Source: Pavona decussata
Lineage: Eukaryota
Assembly (NCBI GenBank): GCA_977016875.1
Contig: CDRNST010000031.1
Coordinates: forward strand, 186,001-250,000
Length of the DNA stretch: 64,000 bases
Direction of reading: 5' to 3'
Shown here: one piece after another, positions 61,464 to 64,000 of the stretch
Layout: every line of letters starts with the position of its first letter
How positions within the stretch are numbered: position 1 is the stretch's first letter
The notes under the pieces: model-generated
What the model was told of the DNA's origin: nothing
Database searches by the model: none
What the model saw: the letters and a program-made list of their open reading frames with translations, nothing else
Made by a program: the position numbers and the translations under genes

Positions 61464-62539
61464 TCGATAGGTGAATCCGGTGTTATCATTTCCAACAATA
61501 CCGGGATTACGTTTCGATGAAGGCTTTGGATACAGTAAAGTACCTGTGAATGTGGACATCAACTAATACCACATGTTTACAACTTTTTTGAAAGATTCAT
61601 GGTTCCGATATAAGACCTACAAATGACGGTTCATACCCGATTATTAATTAATTATCACTTCGGTACATCACGCAAGCTGACCGCAGCCGCGGAGCCAACA
61701 CGCAAACTGTTCAAGGTTAAAAAAAAGTTCAACTCCATCAAGGCGTTTAGAGTTCACATTGTTAGAGCCCCGAAATAAGCTTTATTCAGCTAAAGCGCAC
61801 TGCACATCGCAATCAATAAAACGGACTAAACTTCAAGATATGTTCAAACTAAAACTGTCGCCGAAATCGGAGCATTCTCGCAGTCAATTAACATTTTTTT
61901 CTGCTCTCTAATTTTACTAATGAGTCCTGTAATTATCGACTTTCGTAATTTGTACTTTTTAATTTTTTAGTAACAGCTCGTTATATCATGTAGAATTTGC
62001 ACCACCTCACACGTAAACCTTACGCAGACCCACAAATTGAAACAGCTCTGGCTGAAGATATTCTGTACCACTGTTATACTATATTAAACACCAGGACACT
62101 AATACTGCTTTTTAACTAAGGTAGGACTAATTAACTTTGCCAGAAACGATCGACGTGAAACGCCAAAGTTTTCACTGAGAGAGATTAAACATTTATTTTT
62201 ACGCCTTTAACAATTTTACTTGACCGTGAGTAGAAATTGAAATGGCAAAATGTTTCATCCTTCAGTTCGACTGCAAAAAATTTTAATTAATTATTTTTTC
62301 TTCTTAAAAAGTTCACTTGCGAATCGTGTCCACTTCCCGTGAGAACCCTGTCATGGTGAATGGTGATTTGTCTCACGCACTACAGATGTGAAGTACTTGA
62401 TGCCGATGCCAGAGAAACTATAATTAATGCTTGGTTGCTGCCAGTAGACCTACTATGAATAGTCACGTGTTCTAAGGGCTTGTTCGGTTGGTTCTTTGAG
62501 GAGAGGTGTCTGTCAAAGAAAGATGTCATCTGCCTTAAC

Positions 62540-62815
62540 GCCGTTTTGGACAGTACAACATTTGCTTACGACTGTCGCATGCGATTTCTATATAGAGCGC
62601 GCTCTGCTCGCGTCATGAAAAAATCGCACACAACTCTCGTCATTCAAGATTGCACATACCTACGATTGTCGTAGGATTTTAAAACATGACATTTTTTGTG
62701 ACACACACGACAGTCGCAAGCGAGTTGTAGCTTTGATTTACACGAAACAATTCGTGTCGTACGCCTGCGCAAGCTTGTCGCATGCGACAAAGTCGTACAG
62801 TCTAATTCGCCTTTT
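62540..62815. repeat. Palindromic MITE-like element
   Basis: TGTCGCATGCGA occurs near both ends with roughly inverted flanks and multiple internal ACGAC/GTCGT inverted motifs. Confidence 0.55.
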
Positions 62816-63275
62816 AGACAGGTGTGTAGCTTAAAAAGGTGTCTGACTGAAGAGCAGTAGTTGTAAGAACTACAGAATGTCAGCCTTAGAGCTGATAGGT
62901 CGTTCTGAGCTGTCCATCCGAGAGAAATCTCCTTCTAAGATAGTTAAAGAGGTGTCCATCTTGGAGAAGCGTCTGTCCGCTCTTAGGAAATCTTAGCTGC
63001 TTAAGAGAAGTGTTCATCAAATATAGGTGATTGCCTTAAGGGGGTGTCTGTCCTTTTAAAAAAAAAGTTTATCTTGGAGAGGTGTCCGGTCCGATTAGAA
63101 CAGTTCTCCATCTTAAAGAGGTGTCCGGCAAGTGATGTAAAGGACAGAAACGACAGGAGTAAACTTTGTGTTCGTCTATTAAAGAGAGGTATACGTTGGT
63201 CTACTCCAGGTATTATTTCGAATTCCACACCTCTGTTTTACATGACTTGTTGAGAGGTGTCCATTGATAGAGAGA
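62815..63275. repeat. Decayed short tandem repeats (AGAGGTGTCC), MITE subterminal-like
   Basis: The GAGGTGTCC/GGTGTCTG motif recurs at least 6 times. Confidence 0.5.
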
Positions 63276-64000
63276 TTTGCCTATTAATTCATTTTACATG
63301 GCTGTTTACCCGGCTGAGCCGGTTGACAATACAAGCTACACGCTCAATCCATCATTGTGTAGCTCAATTTTGCCTTCAGGACCAACATTCCCCCCCCCCC
63401 CCCCCCCCAAAAAAAAAAAAGGTTTGAAAAGGTTTTCTAGCTTGAAAATTAGCATTTAGCATATAAGCTGTCGTAGTTCGCCTGACAAAGCGTTAAGTTC
63501 ATAGGCAATACAGCGGCAACTTGGCAAAACCTCCTTGGAGATCCAGGTGCAGATTATTCTTAATAATTTAGGCGCGGATAACGCTATTAAATTTGAAACG
63601 TGGAATTTGCTACTATTCAAAGAAGGCCTATCACATAATGTAAAGAAAACCAGTAATTAGCCGTCATTTCGTCCCTCGTGCTCTTTGCACGAGCAATATC
63701 GCCAGTCAGTTATATAGACTAGGGGTTGTGTAAATCGACCTTACCGATAACAACGGCCAATTTTCCTTTTCCTTGAAAGCTTGTACGTGGTTAAAGATGC
63801 CAGCTGACGATGGCCCAAACAGCGTACATACATTTGAAATGATGAGAATGACGATGGACTTGTTTATATACATCACCAGGGAGGTTCATAATTGGTCGAG
63901 ATCGGGGTCGAGATATGACCACCGAAAAAGCCAATTTGTAGGATAGGCTTTATGCCCGTGATGCGGCTTCTCGTTATATTGCCTTGTTGAAAGGAAATGG

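Overview
This is eukaryotic, AT-rich genomic DNA with GT-AG introns. Its repeat content resembles what I recall from stony coral (anthozoan) genomes; that taxon call is inference. There are three gene blocks. (1) 3.9-8.9 kb: an 8-exon gene, reconstructed by hand, encoding a 369-aa protein with a transmembrane helix, a DLG-type PDZ domain and a calmodulin-like 4-EF-hand domain. (2) 12.4-48.1 kb: a run of 11 orphan-looking genes with essentially one coding exon each, encoding basic, probably disordered 170-524-aa proteins. They look unrelated overall but share short modules in different combinations: a DPRF-xx-L helix, LPx[IL], a 33-aa N...RQxxF coiled segment, calmodulin-binding-type helices, TPIW and RxxSxP sites. 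Many have RFX X-box-like or CRE sites near the start. (3) 53.3-54.4 kb: an NRARP/MYPT-like ankyrin protein whose tail carries an IkB-alpha-identical HDSGLDS degron and an RVxF motif. Interspersed are a tRNA-SINE, a LINE relic, a BEL/Pao LTR relic with a nested mariner-type MITE, several MITEs and satellites, and a 1.9-kb element with perfect 32-bp TIRs, a 5-bp TSD and a decayed spliced cargo gene. The best candidate for an undescribed system is the motif-sharing gene cluster, possibly a cilia/sperm Ca2+-cAMP module, lying next to the membrane-anchored PDZ-calmodulin gene. No CRISPR array, rRNA or true tRNA was seen.
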